This document shows positions 50,605 through 62,170 of a stretch of DNA of 64,000 bases, one piece after another. The notes under the pieces are model-generated. The model saw only the letters and a list, made by a program, of their open reading frames with translations. It did not search any database and had not been told where the DNA came from. Where the stretch lies: the IMG/VR virus record IMGVR_UViG_651703002_000001, positions 32,001 through 96,000 of that record; one strand, given 5' to 3'. A program made the translations under genes and the position numbers. The DNA is from a virus. Its lineage: Duplodnaviria > Caudoviricetes. Each line of letters starts with the position of its first letter. Position 1 is the stretch's first letter.

Positions 50605-52747
50605 ATTCTACCCTTAACCATCTATGGGCTGTAATTGTAGGTTGAACGATTTGGATCGGGTTTACTGTTGCACTTGGTCTAGTCAACACATAATCCTCTC
50701 TGTATTTTTTATATCCCGGTCCTTCTTCGTCTGGGTCATATTGACAACCACCAACTAGAATATCACCATCAGGATCTGATATAAGTGATTTCTCTGTACT
50801 TTTTGTACCGGGGGTATTTTCTGCCAGAATAACAATCTCATTCGATCCTATGGTTCCACCCGCACTGTGGCGAGGATTCCCGTTTAGATCCAAATCATTA
50901 TTATTCAATCCATATAATGGATCGTTCATATTTTGACTATTCCAACCAGCAACTGTCATTCCCTCTGCATATCGAACCCATACACCCATTCCCATATAAG
51001 ATTGTGGGTTATTTGGGTTGTCAGCATTTTCGTAAATGGTCCCGATTGGATGAAACATATCAAACAACATAGAAACCGTACTTACTTTAACACCGATTTG
51101 GTCATTCGGATCTGGAATAACAGTAGTAGGACCGGGTCTGAATGGATCAGAATACATAATCTTTCCAGTTATGTTAACTGGGGATGATGCAATATATCTC
51201 TCATCAGTTTCACCAAGTATTTCATCAAGTTCTAACAAGGACCCTATATCGTTATTAAACCAACGAATGGTAACAACATCTTCATGTTCCAATTCATCAT
51301 TTATAACGATATCTCTCATCATACCCGCAGAATCCGGAACTGGGCTATAATCCACACCAGAAGGAACCCAGACACCACCAGAACCAATACACGATTCCTC
51401 GGTTATTGCATCCGCACCCTCACATATAAAGAATGGGATATCAGCAGAACCAGATTTAACTAATTGACGACCGTTTACCAAAAGTTCCAACGTATTCGGG
51501 TTGAATGTTTCGTTTGGCTGGAATCCGAATTCGGTAATAGTGAATCGATATTTAGATGATAAATCACCAACATAACGTCTACCCGTCTCAGATACATAAT
51601 CTATAGGTGTTAGTTTGTTCGAATATACACGAATAGTCGCAGTTTCGTATGAACTTCTATATGTAGCCAAACCATCAAGGAAAGTCTCTACAATAACCAC
51701 ATCACCAGCTTCACAAGGTTTATCCAAACGTATTGTATAACCATCAAGAGCTGTTATTTTACTAACACCAACTTTTAAAGTAACGTTAGCAGTTCCTTTA
51801 AAAGCGGCTACGATTTCAGGAACTACACCAGTTGAAACGTATTCTTTAGATGATGGTGATTGTTTGAATATGTAATCTTTTCCGTTGAACGTTACCTTTA
51901 AGAAGTTTTGATTCAGGGGAGTTTTATTAAGATCAAAAAGAATATATGATAAGTTTTTAGTATCATCGATATAGAATTTTGTAATCTCAATATTTTCTAC
52001 TTTACCTGTCAAAACAGAACTAGCAACACCTTTAGTATATCCATACTTAGTGTTATCAAGTTTTTTAGGAGTAACTACTATATTGGATTGTGGTGCTGGA
52101 TTAACACCAACGATAGAACCGTAGTTAGATTCCGGACCGTAGTCTGCACCATAATAAAGAATGTTACCGCGCTTATATACGTTCACAGCAGCGGGATTAT
52201 ATCCTGATGGAAATATATCAGAAAAGTCGGTTTGACCTTCAGTAGCAATATATTCCCGTTTTGCTACAGTAGAAACGTCCCCAGATTTAATATCATCAAC
52301 GAACTTACTTGATACGTATTCCCAATTACCAGGAGAGCAATACACAAGCTCTACGTCCATACGGTTTTTATCTAATCTGTGAGTTCCAGATCCACCCTTA
52401 ACCGTGTTAAAACCCGCAGGGATCAACAGGACTGGGTTAGAACCCCATGTACCATTAACATCACGAATACGAACCACGTTACCGTAATCAGCAACGGTCC
52501 CTAGAGGTAGTTCTACTGTGATCCGACCTGTGGTTGTGTTGATAACCCAAGCCTGTCCCATAACCGCCTTTAGAGGCTTAGTATGGTCTGAATATGGCTT
52601 CCATGCACCAGCGGCATGGGGGATATTACCATCCCCCAGATTGTAATATAACTCGTTAAAGTTATCGTTTGTCTTCTGTCCCCCTTTGCGGAGATAATCA
52701 CCAGTTCCGTCATCAACACGGTTACCTATTATAATTTGCTGTTTCAT
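50588..52747 (-). CDS. gp10: baseplate wedge gp10
   Basis: MKQQI.IGN.VDDGTGDYLRKGG.K.N.NF.ELYY.LGDG..PHAAGAWK; PIGTIYENA.NPNNP..YMG; in frame with gp9 in this read. Confidence 0.93.
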   Translation of the reverse strand: MKQQIIIGNRVDDGTGDYLRKGGQKTNDNFNELYYNLGDGNIPHAAGAWKPYSDHTKPLKAVMGQAWVINTTTGRITVELPLGTVADYGNVVRIRDVNGTWGSNPVLLIPAGFNTVKGGSGTHRLDKNRMDVELVYCSPGNWEYVSSKFVDDIKSGDVSTVAKREYIATEGQTDFSDIFPSGYNPAAVNVYKRGNILYYGADYGPESNYGSIVGVNPAPQSNIVVTPKKLDNTKYGYTKGVASSVLTGKVENIEITKFYIDDTKNLSYILFDLNKTPLNQNFLKVTFNGKDYIFKQSPSSKEYVSTGVVPEIVAAFKGTANVTLKVGVSKITALDGYTIRLDKPCEAGDVVIVETFLDGLATYRSSYETATIRVYSNKLTPIDYVSETGRRYVGDLSSKYRFTITEFGFQPNETFNPNTLELLVNGRQLVKSGSADIPFFICEGADAITEESCIGSGGVWVPSGVDYSPVPDSAGMMRDIVINDELEHEDVVTIRWFNNDIGSLLELDEILGETDERYIASSPVNITGKIMYSDPFRPGPTTVIPDPNDQIGVKVSTVSMLFDMFHPIGTIYENADNPNNPQSYMGMGVWVRYAEGMTVAGWNSQNMNDPLYGLNNNDLDLNGNPRHSAGGTIGSNEIVILAENTPGTKSTEKSLISDPDGDILVGGCQYDPDEEGPGYKKYREDYVLTRPSATVNPIQIVQPTITAHRWLRVEYDKYL

Positions 52748-52752
52748 CGTTA

Positions 52753-53680
52753 TTATGCCCCCGATTGCATCAATAGATTTAACGTATACATCTATTGCTG
52801 TTTGACTGATATTAGTTACTGTCAAAATAACAGAACTTCCAGTTATACTATAAGTTGCATCAAATAGAAGGTTATCTTCCGGCTTTGATGGAGTTCTTGT
52901 TCGTATACGCGCATATTCAGTTGAATATACATTGGTGTCTGTATTACTGGTATTATTTACCATCAGTAAAGTTTCGCAAGATTCTTGATGTACAGATGCA
53001 CCACGCTGAGTTACAAATAACATATGCTTTACTACGTTATATTGAGCTTTATTGAAAAGAACTACGTTACGTTGAGCACCAGCGGCTATATTAAGAATAT
53101 TGGCAGCGTATGAAGTAGCACTATCACCAAACATAGAATCTAATTTATAATTCCATTTAGAACCGGCTGGACTACCTTCTGTAACCCACAATCTAATTCT
53201 AAAGTTGGTTCTATTGATTACCATTCTGTTACCCAACGATCCGATAGAATCTCCGGTCCCAGTAGTTTTGATAATTACCTCTCTACCGGTTCCAAATCCT
53301 ACGGAACCATCAGTATTGACCAACTCAATACATTCCCCCGCATGACCACTACCAGCAGGAAGGTTTATTGTAATATCACCCGCACCATCTCTTGTAACTG
53401 ATATATCATGCATAGACCCAAAATCTACAGGGTTACCTGATGGCTGTTCTGAACCTGCATAATACGCTCTTGTATGTTTCTGGTAATAACCGGTTCCATG
53501 CAATGTTTGTACTCGGTTTCCAAATCCAGAAGTTTTACCTATTCTATAATCCCCGAACACGTTCCACATACTATTCAGATCTGCGTTTAGTTTTTCACCA
53601 CCATCAAATAGTGTATCACCCGTTCCCTCTTGACCACGTATACCAGTATCGATTAGCTCTTTTGGTTTTTGAATCGACAT
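52753..53680 (-). CDS. gp9: baseplate wedge / tail fiber connector gp9
   Basis: Q.PK.LIDTG..G...GD.LFDGG.K.N, HGTGYYQKH, VYSTEYA; tandem TAATAA one frame over at 52750-52755. Confidence 0.9.
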
Positions 53681-53710
53681 TATTTTATCCTCGTTGATAG
53701 ATTACTTTAG

Positions 53711-53718
53711 TATTTAGG
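53711..53718 (-). promoter_or_regulatory. late promoter (CCTAAATA) for gp9
   Basis: ACTTTAGTATTTAGG, identical 15-mer to the wac promoter region. Confidence 0.75.
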
Positions 53719-53728
53719 GTTTTGAAAT

Positions 53729-53763
53729 AAAAATCCCCAGCCGTTTAAGACTGGGGATTTTTT
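53729..53763 (-). terminator. terminator after gene 8
   Basis: AAAATCCCCAG...CTGGGGATTTT. Confidence 0.75.
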
Positions 53764-54745
53764 AAAAACTAAACACTACGTTAAATTCTTCGGTTTGATC
53801 TCTCGAACGAATTACCGGTTGTCTATTATCCATGTATATGATATTTCCTGTATGCCTCTCCAATTGAGAAGGTACATAGCTCATTGCAGTTGCTTTTACG
53901 TCCGGATCGCTAGGGTTTGCTTTGGCAAGTAACGGATTATAAATAATCCCCATTTGACGAAAACCGGTATTTCCTATCTTACTAGAAGCAGGAAAATTAT
54001 AACTATCAAAATATGCTCGGAATCTCAAAGTGCTACATCTGATTCTATTCAACAAATTGTAATCATTCGGATACCAAGTTATAACATGCTGATATCCCCA
54101 AGCGGAAGGATCCGCTTTAAGTTCGTCCGGTGTTGGTACAACAATATATTCGTTAGAACAATCGTTAATAGCAACATCTGACGGGATGGTATATAGATAT
54201 TCCCAAATGTACCCATCTTTCATATCAACACCATCAGATTTTCCGACAGGTAATATACTTTCGTGTGATGGAGTCCAATCACCCCCAACTTTCAAACAGT
54301 CTGTTTTATTGATTATAGAAGTGATAGAACATGCCCCATCTTCCGGAACATCAACACATCGATACACAATCCACCCAGAACCAATTTCAGTTCTGTTATA
54401 TGGAGCAGTGTTAGTAACCACGATATCATTGATATGGAAAGTGTATGGATTTGAATATCGTTGATCTCCCCAATCATTACGAGAAACTACAGGACGGATC
54501 ATCTCTTTTTGTATTTTTACCGCCCCCAACATCCTAGCCCACACATCAGAATATCCCTCAGTTGTATCGTCTGGATATGGGGGAGCAAATTTAGGATCAG
54601 ATTCGTTATCTGCCCAAGCTTGATCCCTCCCAAAATACGCATAAAGTGTATTTTTAGTGGGGTCATCCCCCACTAATGCATAGAAGTTAAGCAGGTTTGA
54701 TACCCTAAAATCGCTGGTAACAACCGCTCTATAAATTACTGACAT
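53762..54745 (-). CDS. gp8: baseplate wedge gp8
   Basis: VIYRA.VTS.FR, FAPPYP.D, YRCVDVP, WEYLYTIP.DV.IN.C.NEYIVVP, GFRQ. Confidence 0.96.
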   Translation of the reverse strand: MSVIYRAVVTSDFRVSNLLNFYALVGDDPTKNTLYAYFGRDQAWADNESDPKFAPPYPDDTTEGYSDVWARMLGAVKIQKEMIRPVVSRNDWGDQRYSNPYTFHINDIVVTNTAPYNRTEIGSGWIVYRCVDVPEDGACSITSIINKTDCLKVGGDWTPSHESILPVGKSDGVDMKDGYIWEYLYTIPSDVAINDCSNEYIVVPTPDELKADPSAWGYQHVITWYPNDYNLLNRIRCSTLRFRAYFDSYNFPASSKIGNTGFRQMGIIYNPLLAKANPSDPDVKATAMSYVPSQLERHTGNIIYMDNRQPVIRSRDQTEEFNVVFSF

Positions 54746-57700
54746 TTTTCACCTACCTTTATTTGTGTCGGCTGTTCTGGAATAACCAAATTACTAACAT
54801 CTCTGGGGTTATTCAGATCGTCTTTAAGTCTCTTAACACTCAATCTTGATAGATCTGTATATCTACTAGAAAAATAACTAAACAAAGGACTACCGTCTAA
54901 ACGTCTCTGAGACGGCGTATAAACGACTCCATCTATTGTCCAATTATCCTCATCGGCGTCATAATCCCTTGGCTCAAAAACGTTCCCAGTGGCTTCATTT
55001 ATCGCATTGTTCCATTCAGTCACACTAAAAGGTGTTTGTGTAAGTTCTTCCTGAACAAGTACACCAGTTGTCGGGTCGAACAATGGCAACGGATCAATAA
55101 ATGAACTGTTTGGATCCTGAACAGTTTTAAACTTTGGAGTCATAGAAGGTAATCCAGAATCCCATCTATAAGCCTTGTTTATTTCTGCAAAGGTTTCTTC
55201 ATGTTTCATAGATACACCACCATTAACAAATACGGTCAATAGAGTTATACCAACGAATCCAAAACCTACTGGATGAACAAAACGAATAACATCATCCTTG
55301 TATCTTGCTGTATTTAGCTCTGACCGGATACGCATAATGTAATATGAACGATTTCGGTTTATGTAATCAAGGTCTGAATATGCGAGTTCTTTACCCTTAA
55401 CCCCCCGAGTAATATTACCCTCAAACGGATTAGATTCAGATTTTATTATTTGACCATCCTCGAACTTACCTATAAGGTTATGAATTGTGATTTTCCATCT
55501 AAGGTTACCATCAACAAATTCACGTTCTATATAAGTTACGTTAGCTCTACCGGTTTTCGTATATATCGTTCTACCAACAAGATCCGGACTGATATTGGGT
55601 GATTTTACCAGTATATCATAGTCAACACCAACTTGTGATTCCGATTTCATATCCACATCAGCATTATATAGCAATTTGAACAAAAACTTATAACTATCTA
55701 TTTTTCCTCTAGAGCTATAAAAAGTAGCCGCATTTGCCTCAAAGAATTTACCACCTTCTCCCCGTTGGTTTGATCTAGAATATATTACGTCCTTCTCATT
55801 TCCGACCAAAGATATACAAAAGAATCTTTCTCTCTTGGATATTACAGTTTTATGAAGTTTTAACAATTTTACCATACATTGAGTCAGAACCCTCTGAAAG
55901 GAATTGCATATAATATTCCCCAAACTTAGTAAAGTTAGAATCGTTAAAGTAATATTCCCGGTCCCATCAATCTCAACATAGGGCTAATATCTGGGTCTAT
56001 CAAACCCGGTTATATCTTTCTCTTCTTCAACTCCCGGACGTTCTTGATTTACCCAATGAAGCCTTGTAGTGCGACATTTTCCGGCTTCCATAATAACAGA
56101 TGCAGTATCACGAACCCGATATGGAAACTCGTAATATCCAAATATTTCACCCCCTAAATCATTTTCTCTATTGTATTTCTTATGTATCAAAATACCATTC
56201 CAATATTTACTAAAGTTTTGGAAGTTTATATTATCTAAGAAGAACGTAACAGATCCAACATCCCACACTTCTTTGTTGATTTGACGTTTTTGGTCTATGG
56301 TGTATTGGTATTTTTCTGATGGAGTAACCAAAACTATTCTATTTTCATGGTTTTTCCAAATACGCTCACCAGTAATCGCCATATAATCAAATCCCGCCTC
56401 GTTGTAATATTTTGCGGGTTCTAATTTAAAGGTTATACCATCAGAGGTTTCCCATTGATACATATATACTTTTTTGTTACTAAGATAAGAATAATCCGAA
56501 CTATATTTAACCGCAGATGATACATCTTCCGGATAACAACTAGGTAGATCCAAATCAACTACGGTATCAGTATATTTGTAATTTGCCGCAGAAACAAACA
56601 GCTTAACCCCATTAATACTCATATCCGAGTATTCATGTTCTATATTAAATCGTTCCTCTTCGGACTCACCAAATACTCTTGTCCACGTTCCACCAGTAGG
56701 TACTGAAGGTTCCACGATTTGACCATTTTCCATGTATAGATCGAAAGTTGCCGGATATGCGAAATCCGCAACAAATCTTGCATATTTAAGTGGGTCAATA
56801 ATTTTATTAACTGGATCTGAATATATATCAGCAATAAATTTAAATGAATCCCGATTCCCAGCAGTAAACAAAAATCCACATCCATTAATGTCCCGTGAGT
56901 TTTCCCTTTGAAAATACGGGGTTTCCCAGCGAGGACTAACTTGCCCAACATGAGTACCATCAGGTAAAAACGTTGCGATACTTCTTACCCAACCATCAAT
57001 ACCATTAGTAAAATCAACATCTCCATCTGTTAAATTCATTTCCCCAAGTCTAAACACTTCCTTTTCATAGGTTTCATCGAATCTATAAACCCCAGAACAC
57101 TCAGATCTAACAACAAGTTTTTTATTCCGTTTGTCGTCATTTATAGATTTAACTTCACCACTAACTAGCGCATAGCAAGTATTGTTAAGTACGTCCATTT
57201 TTTTAATAACAATTCTTGGATTATCTGGGCAAATTTTATATTGAGTAGGATCCCACAATATTTTGCCGTTACTATCAACAGGACCACCACTTAGCTGAAT
57301 CCTACGCATAACACCATTAGCGGCAGCGTATAACCAACGATCTGATACTGTCTGAGATTCAACCTTACGGCGAATATCGTCCGGATACATGGCAAACGAA
57401 CCAAATACCATAGTTGGGAAAGGTATGGATGTATCAATATCCATTTTAACAAAGGTAAGTTCATCATCAGACCAGAAATGAAGATCTGAACTGAATCTAA
57501 CTTCATCCACGTTACGACCATAAAAAGCATAATCATAACCTAACAGGAATGCAGTATTATCATTTTGACTCATAATACTATTACCGGTAGGATATCCTAT
57601 ACGATCAGTAACCGCTTGGTAATAATACCAGTTTTGTCCACCGTCATTCGTTACTTTACTAAAGTTTTGATATTTCTCGAATGCATAGACTACTCTATTG

Positions 57701-58263
57701 TTCGCACCCAAATATATATTGGATAGATTGCTACAAATCTTAGAAACAGAACCAAGAATTTCATGATATTCATCATCTTCAGCTATCTTATCTTCTACGT
57801 TGGAGACGTTAGATATACCCGGATCGTATATGAAATTTTCATTCATAAGACTTGCCTGCATTACATCAGAGTTGAAATTGATATAATTCAATTTGTTCTT
57901 ATAAAGCTTCTTATCTATAAATTCAAACGAAGGGATAAAGTTTGACATAGTAGTTACTTGATAAGCATTCTCTGTAAATGTTTCAATTACTTCACTAGTC
58001 ACCCAATCGGATTGAGTAAGACCCGGATGTGTTGTTGAAATTCGGAGTTTATATTTTGTATCTGGTATTAAAGAAGAACTAAAATATTCAGGGGCGGATA
58101 CCACCCCTAATTGAGTCCAACTGTCATTACCAACTACATCAGAAACCATTGTATATTCAACAATATAATAAAAGTTAGAACCTACATCATCCCATTTCAG
58201 ATGAATAAAGTTTGCGCCTAACATAGCTACGCGCAAACTTGTAATAGTTGGAGCTTTATTCAT
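54736..58263 (-). CDS. gp7: baseplate wedge initiator gp7 (frameshifts near 55850-56090)
   Basis: KAP..TSLR...L.AN.....WDDVG.NFYY; second part SYKFLFKLLYN, DVIRFVHPVGFGF.GITLL, PTQIKV. Confidence 0.9.
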
Positions 58264-58264
58264 T

Positions 58265-60220
58265 TTATATTACCACCGCATTCATTTTAATGTTTGTGTA
58301 TTGTGGTCTGAGATTATTTTCAAAAACAATCAACGTCCCATCGGACGGGAATATGTTAAGAGAAATTGGGGAACTATGAAGTTCAATATAAGCACTTACA
58401 AACTGATCGGAATCTTTATTAAGAACCCCAAGGTCATAGCTTATTTGATCCGTTTCATAGTTAACAGACCCTACTGAATAGTATTTACTTCTCCCATCTA
58501 TAACCTTTCTATCAAAATCACTTCTGGTATATTCGGGAACAGATGTAATATGACCGGCAGAAAATGGACCAACCAACATCAATCCAGTATTCGCGTTACC
58601 GGTTCCTGTTGGGTCTAAAATACCATTTTTCTTAGTTGCTACGTAATGAACATCATATTTTGTAGATGTGTTATGGATATAACTAATCTCTGAGCTATAG
58701 ATAGACCCTTCTGTAAGGTCATTATTAAACCTTATACCATCCATCGGACTAGTATAATAGTTTTCTATCTCACGCACAAGCCCTATTTTTGTTTCAGTAC
58801 CAAGTATAGAAACGTCAGTTGCATCTATACGGCCATTCATCTTAGATGTATAGAAACCAGCGTTGAAAATCTCAACCTCTTCTGTATAATAGCGGTCAAT
58901 TGAGTTCAATACCTGCCCTTGTAACCACTCTTCAGTTTGTGGTAATTGGTTCAATGCGTAAGTTACCTTTATGTCAGACTTGACATACATGTAATTTGGA
59001 CTATGAACTACGGGGGTGATTGTACTAACGTTGTATGGTCTGAGATAGTTCTGTATATCTTCTTTCTGAACGGTAGTTAGATACAACCCATTAGTTGGTT
59101 TAATCGCTATAAAAGCATAACCGGGTTTCTCGGGGTTTGTATAGCACTGGATAGCCTGTGTGATGTTACCGAATCGAGCAGAAACAAACGTCTCATAATC
59201 TGAAGCAGTTACACAACGGCGCTGTGTTTCTCTCATAACAGGACCAAGAGCCCGAATTCTCTCAATATCTTCTGGCTCACCACCACCGATAGATCCGACA
59301 TAGTTTGGATCTTCGATACCTAGCGGGTTGTATGGATTTTCATCAATCGATTCTACAACCAAATTAGGAATGGTATCAACGTAATCAAAACCGCGAGTAC
59401 CGTTAGCAGCGGATCCTTTTGTATTGATATATTCAATTACAATAGTATCACCTACAGACGGACGCATACCACCCACATAATTACTACGCAACATACCATT
59501 AGTATCAACGGATGATTCACCTTCACCAAAATATATTTCAGTGAATGTATCTATGGTTTCTCTCTGGTAAAATACAGAAGAAGTGCCACCAACCCGAACT
59601 ATTGGGTTATTTGTCCAATCCGTCCATTTAGCTCCATTAACATAAACGTTAACATAACGGCGATCTATATTTGGGTCTTGAATAATTATACTAGCGTCTT
59701 TACCAAACGTAATTTGTTGGCGGATAATACGACCTTGAACTAAATTGAGGTCTGTTATATAACGCTTATCGATACCTCTAATAACTTCAACATCTTCCCA
59801 AGTAACGTAATCATAGAACTCAACTTCTTCAATAGAGGCGGTAAACTTGGTTCCTTTAGGAATAGTTATTGAAATCGGGCTACTATCGATTGGGCTGTAA
59901 TATGCTTTGAATCTGATAGTATTAGTTGATGCACTAGTACCAAATGGCATATATCCCATATCTTGAGCTAATTGTACTATAGACGAACGAAGGCGAGCAG
60001 TTTGGTTATACCCTTCAAACAATGCACCATTAGCAAACTGTTGATGATACAACAGCGCATATGACATTGCTTCAAGAAGAACGGTTAAACGGGATCCTTC
60101 GAAATCGTAATCTTTAAATTCATTTTGGTTTTTGAGGAAATCCCTCAATTTTTGTTTGAATCCATCAAAGGTACTTTCTTTAAATACATTTGGGATTTCT
60201 ACTGCATTAATCTTAGCCAT
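58265..60220 (-). CDS. gp6: baseplate wedge gp6
   Basis: F.DYDFEGSRL, TA.LRSS.VQ.AQD.GY, EDIERIR, RCVTASDY, FENNLRPQY. Confidence 0.97.
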   Translation of the reverse strand: MAKINAVEIPNVFKESTFDGFKQKLRDFLKNQNEFKDYDFEGSRLTVLLEAMSYALLYHQQFANGALFEGYNQTARLRSSIVQLAQDMGYMPFGTSASTNTIRFKAYYSPIDSSPISITIPKGTKFTASIEEVEFYDYVTWEDVEVIRGIDKRYITDLNLVQGRIIRQQITFGKDASIIIQDPNIDRRYVNVYVNGAKWTDWTNNPIVRVGGTSSVFYQRETIDTFTEIYFGEGESSVDTNGMLRSNYVGGMRPSVGDTIVIEYINTKGSAANGTRGFDYVDTIPNLVVESIDENPYNPLGIEDPNYVGSIGGGEPEDIERIRALGPVMRETQRRCVTASDYETFVSARFGNITQAIQCYTNPEKPGYAFIAIKPTNGLYLTTVQKEDIQNYLRPYNVSTITPVVHSPNYMYVKSDIKVTYALNQLPQTEEWLQGQVLNSIDRYYTEEVEIFNAGFYTSKMNGRIDATDVSILGTETKIGLVREIENYYTSPMDGIRFNNDLTEGSIYSSEISYIHNTSTKYDVHYVATKKNGILDPTGTGNANTGLMLVGPFSAGHITSVPEYTRSDFDRKVIDGRSKYYSVGSVNYETDQISYDLGVLNKDSDQFVSAYIELHSSPISLNIFPSDGTLIVFENNLRPQYTNIKMNAVVI

Positions 60221-60641
60221 CTGAGAGTTCCATTTTAAGTTCTATAACGTGGGCCAAATCGGTAATCAATGAATAATATATAGATACTATATATTCGTTT
60301 CTATCATACATAGGGACAACTTTAACTTGTCTGATTTGGGCTCTGGGTTCGTAATTTCGTATTGCATCATAAATACTACGTTCTACCGCACTAGTAGATG
60401 CATCGTTCATTAATTCAAATAATTGGGCTCCTATATCACAACCGAAATTTGGGTCGAATGGTTTCTCTCCTTTCCTTGTTGCAATAATACCAGCCATTGA
60501 TTGTTGTACAGCACTGACGTTAGTTATCATCAATACGTCATTGGTTTTAATATCTCTTCTGAATAACGAATCGATATCAGAATAATACGTTATTTTTTCG
60601 TTAGATATTATTTTTAACCGGTTACCGAAAAATTTAGACAT
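60213..60641 (-). CDS. gp25: baseplate wedge gp25
   Basis: YSDID, GII.TRKGE.PF.PNFGC, AIRNYEPR. Confidence 0.93.
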   Translation of the reverse strand: MSKFFGNRLKIISNEKITYYSDIDSLFRRDIKTNDVLMITNVSAVQQSMAGIIATRKGEKPFDPNFGCDIGAQLFELMNDASTSAVERSIYDAIRNYEPRAQIRQVKVVPMYDRNEYIVSIYYSLITDLAHVIELKMELSDG

Positions 60642-60653
60642 AAGGTTTTCCTC

Positions 60654-60950
60654 TTAAACTACAAATACATTAGTTGAACACTCAACTATAACTTCACCTT
60701 CAGTACAAATATCGGCAAGTTGGGCAACCCGTTTTCCTTCAATAAAAACCTTAGCAGAGCTTGCAATGACTAATCCACTTTTTGGACTAGGGTCATCACC
60801 GGGTTTTATATGTGTTATTACTCGATCATCTTCTCTAACTAATATTTGTCTTCCATTAGCAAAAACCGTTGAAGTAGTCCCTATTACCTGACTTGGTAAC
60901 CACGGACCCGGTCCTATAGTTTTTGCTCCACTCAATACTAATCCAGCCAT
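60654..60950 (-). CDS. 5.4: PAAR spike-tip protein (gp5.4-like)
   Basis: P......STVFANG, D....H, SS.KVF.EGK.VA..AD..C...I...S.NVF. Confidence 0.85.
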   Translation of the reverse strand: MAGLVLSGAKTIGPGPWLPSQVIGTTSTVFANGRQILVREDDRVITHIKPGDDPSPKSGLVIASSAKVFIEGKRVAQLADICTEGEVIVECSTNVFVV

Positions 60951-61463
60951 TTAAATCTCCAATTTTGGGAACGGGCCAGATGCTTGTACATATGCCCGAA
61001 ATTTAGAAACCCAACCATTAAAAGACCCATAGATAGTCATTGTTTCATTTCGTGTTATCGTATGACGAACAGGAACCGTAGGTACTGTTATGTCATCATA
61101 AATCAACGGTTGGGTGTATGTGATTACACGTACCAACTCGCTAGGCGGGTTAAATGCTACAAGATCGCACGTACTGGCGTTGGGTAAGCTCGCGAATGAG
61201 TTAGTTTGGTGTATTTGTAAACTAACTCGGTACCTATACTTCAAAACCAAATCTACTTTTCCATCAAAATAATCGTTGACTTGTCCGTGAAGTCTGTTAC
61301 CATCTAGGAACAAACCATCAGATGACAGATCTTCGGATGGTACTACTTGAAAACTTACTAGCCTGTCAGTAGGTAGTAAGCTATACGAAAAAATGCTATC
61401 AATCTGGGTTTCGTTGTCATAAACAATCGGTTTCCAGTTTGTAGGTGTTATAATTTGTGCCAT
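60951..61463 (-). CDS. 5.1: gp5.1-like baseplate-associated protein
   Basis: MAQI.P, SFASLP....DL..F.PP, W...FR.YV; position after gene 5; late promoter at 61482. Confidence 0.7.
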   Translation of the reverse strand: MAQIITPTNWKPIVYDNETQIDSIFSYSLLPTDRLVSFQVVPSEDLSSDGLFLDGNRLHGQVNDYFDGKVDLVLKYRYRVSLQIHQTNSFASLPNASTCDLVAFNPPSELVRVITYTQPLIYDDITVPTVPVRHTITRNETMTIYGSFNGWVSKFRAYVQASGPFPKLEI

Positions 61464-61515
61464 TGGGAATTCCTCCTATGGTATTTAGGGCTAGTTATAT
61501 AAAAACGAGGTAATT

Positions 61516-61875
61516 ATGTATTACAAATTTAAAAATGAAGAAACAATTCAAGAATTTAATAAATCTAATATTAACTCAGAAGCTAATCATAAAATATCAA
61601 AAATTATCGGTAACTCAATTTTTAAAGTAAAGAAAATGGATGTTCGGGGTCAAATCGTTGATATAGAAGGAACTAACCTAAATGAAACATTACATCCAAT
61701 TTTTAACGGAGATGAAGTTTCAGAATTCCTAGAAGAGGTAACGTTTTTAGAATCAGAAAAATCAGATAACCACGTTATTAATAGTGTTAAAAATGAATTA
61801 TTGGTTATGCGTCAACGTCTTTTGGATCAAACATTTCGAATTGATGAGCTTTTGAACAAAATGGAGAATATGTAA
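61516..61875 (+). CDS. hypothetical protein (frd.2-type N-terminal domain plus coiled coil)
   Basis: SD GAGG; YKFKN...F...FKV..G.I..I..PIF..E..EF.EE. Confidence 0.7.
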   Translation: MYYKFKNEETIQEFNKSNINSEANHKISKIIGNSIFKVKKMDVRGQIVDIEGTNLNETLHPIFNGDEVSEFLEEVTFLESEKSDNHVINSVKNELLVMRQRLLDQTFRIDELLNKMENM

Positions 61876-62135
61876 TGAAATTAGTATATATTGGAAGTAA
61901 AGATGATCATCAAGTTAAAAACTTCCGAGTGAGAAGAGAACTGAAAAACTTCATTAAAGAATTTGATAAAGTGGAAGATGAAGATTTGCTGATGGAAGTA
62001 AAAATGAAAGAAACCATCTACTGGGATTACTGTCCTTATGATATGGATATAGGTAATGGAAAACAAACCTTCGTGTGGGGTCTTGAAAAAGAAGCTTTAT
62101 CCGACTATATCAATGAACGGGCACAAGATATTTAA
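61875..62135 (+). CDS. hypothetical protein
   Basis: ORF coupled to the previous one (TAATG). Confidence 0.7.
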   Translation: MKLVYIGSKDDHQVKNFRVRRELKNFIKEFDKVEDEDLLMEVKMKETIYWDYCPYDMDIGNGKQTFVWGLEKEALSDYINERAQDI

Positions 62136-62139
62136 AAAC

Positions 62140-62168
62140 AAAAGGGATCCCAATCGGGATCCCTTTTT
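62140..62168. terminator. bidirectional terminator
   Basis: AAAAGGGATCCC-AATC-GGGATCCCTTTTT. Confidence 0.85.
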
Positions 62169-62170
62169 CA

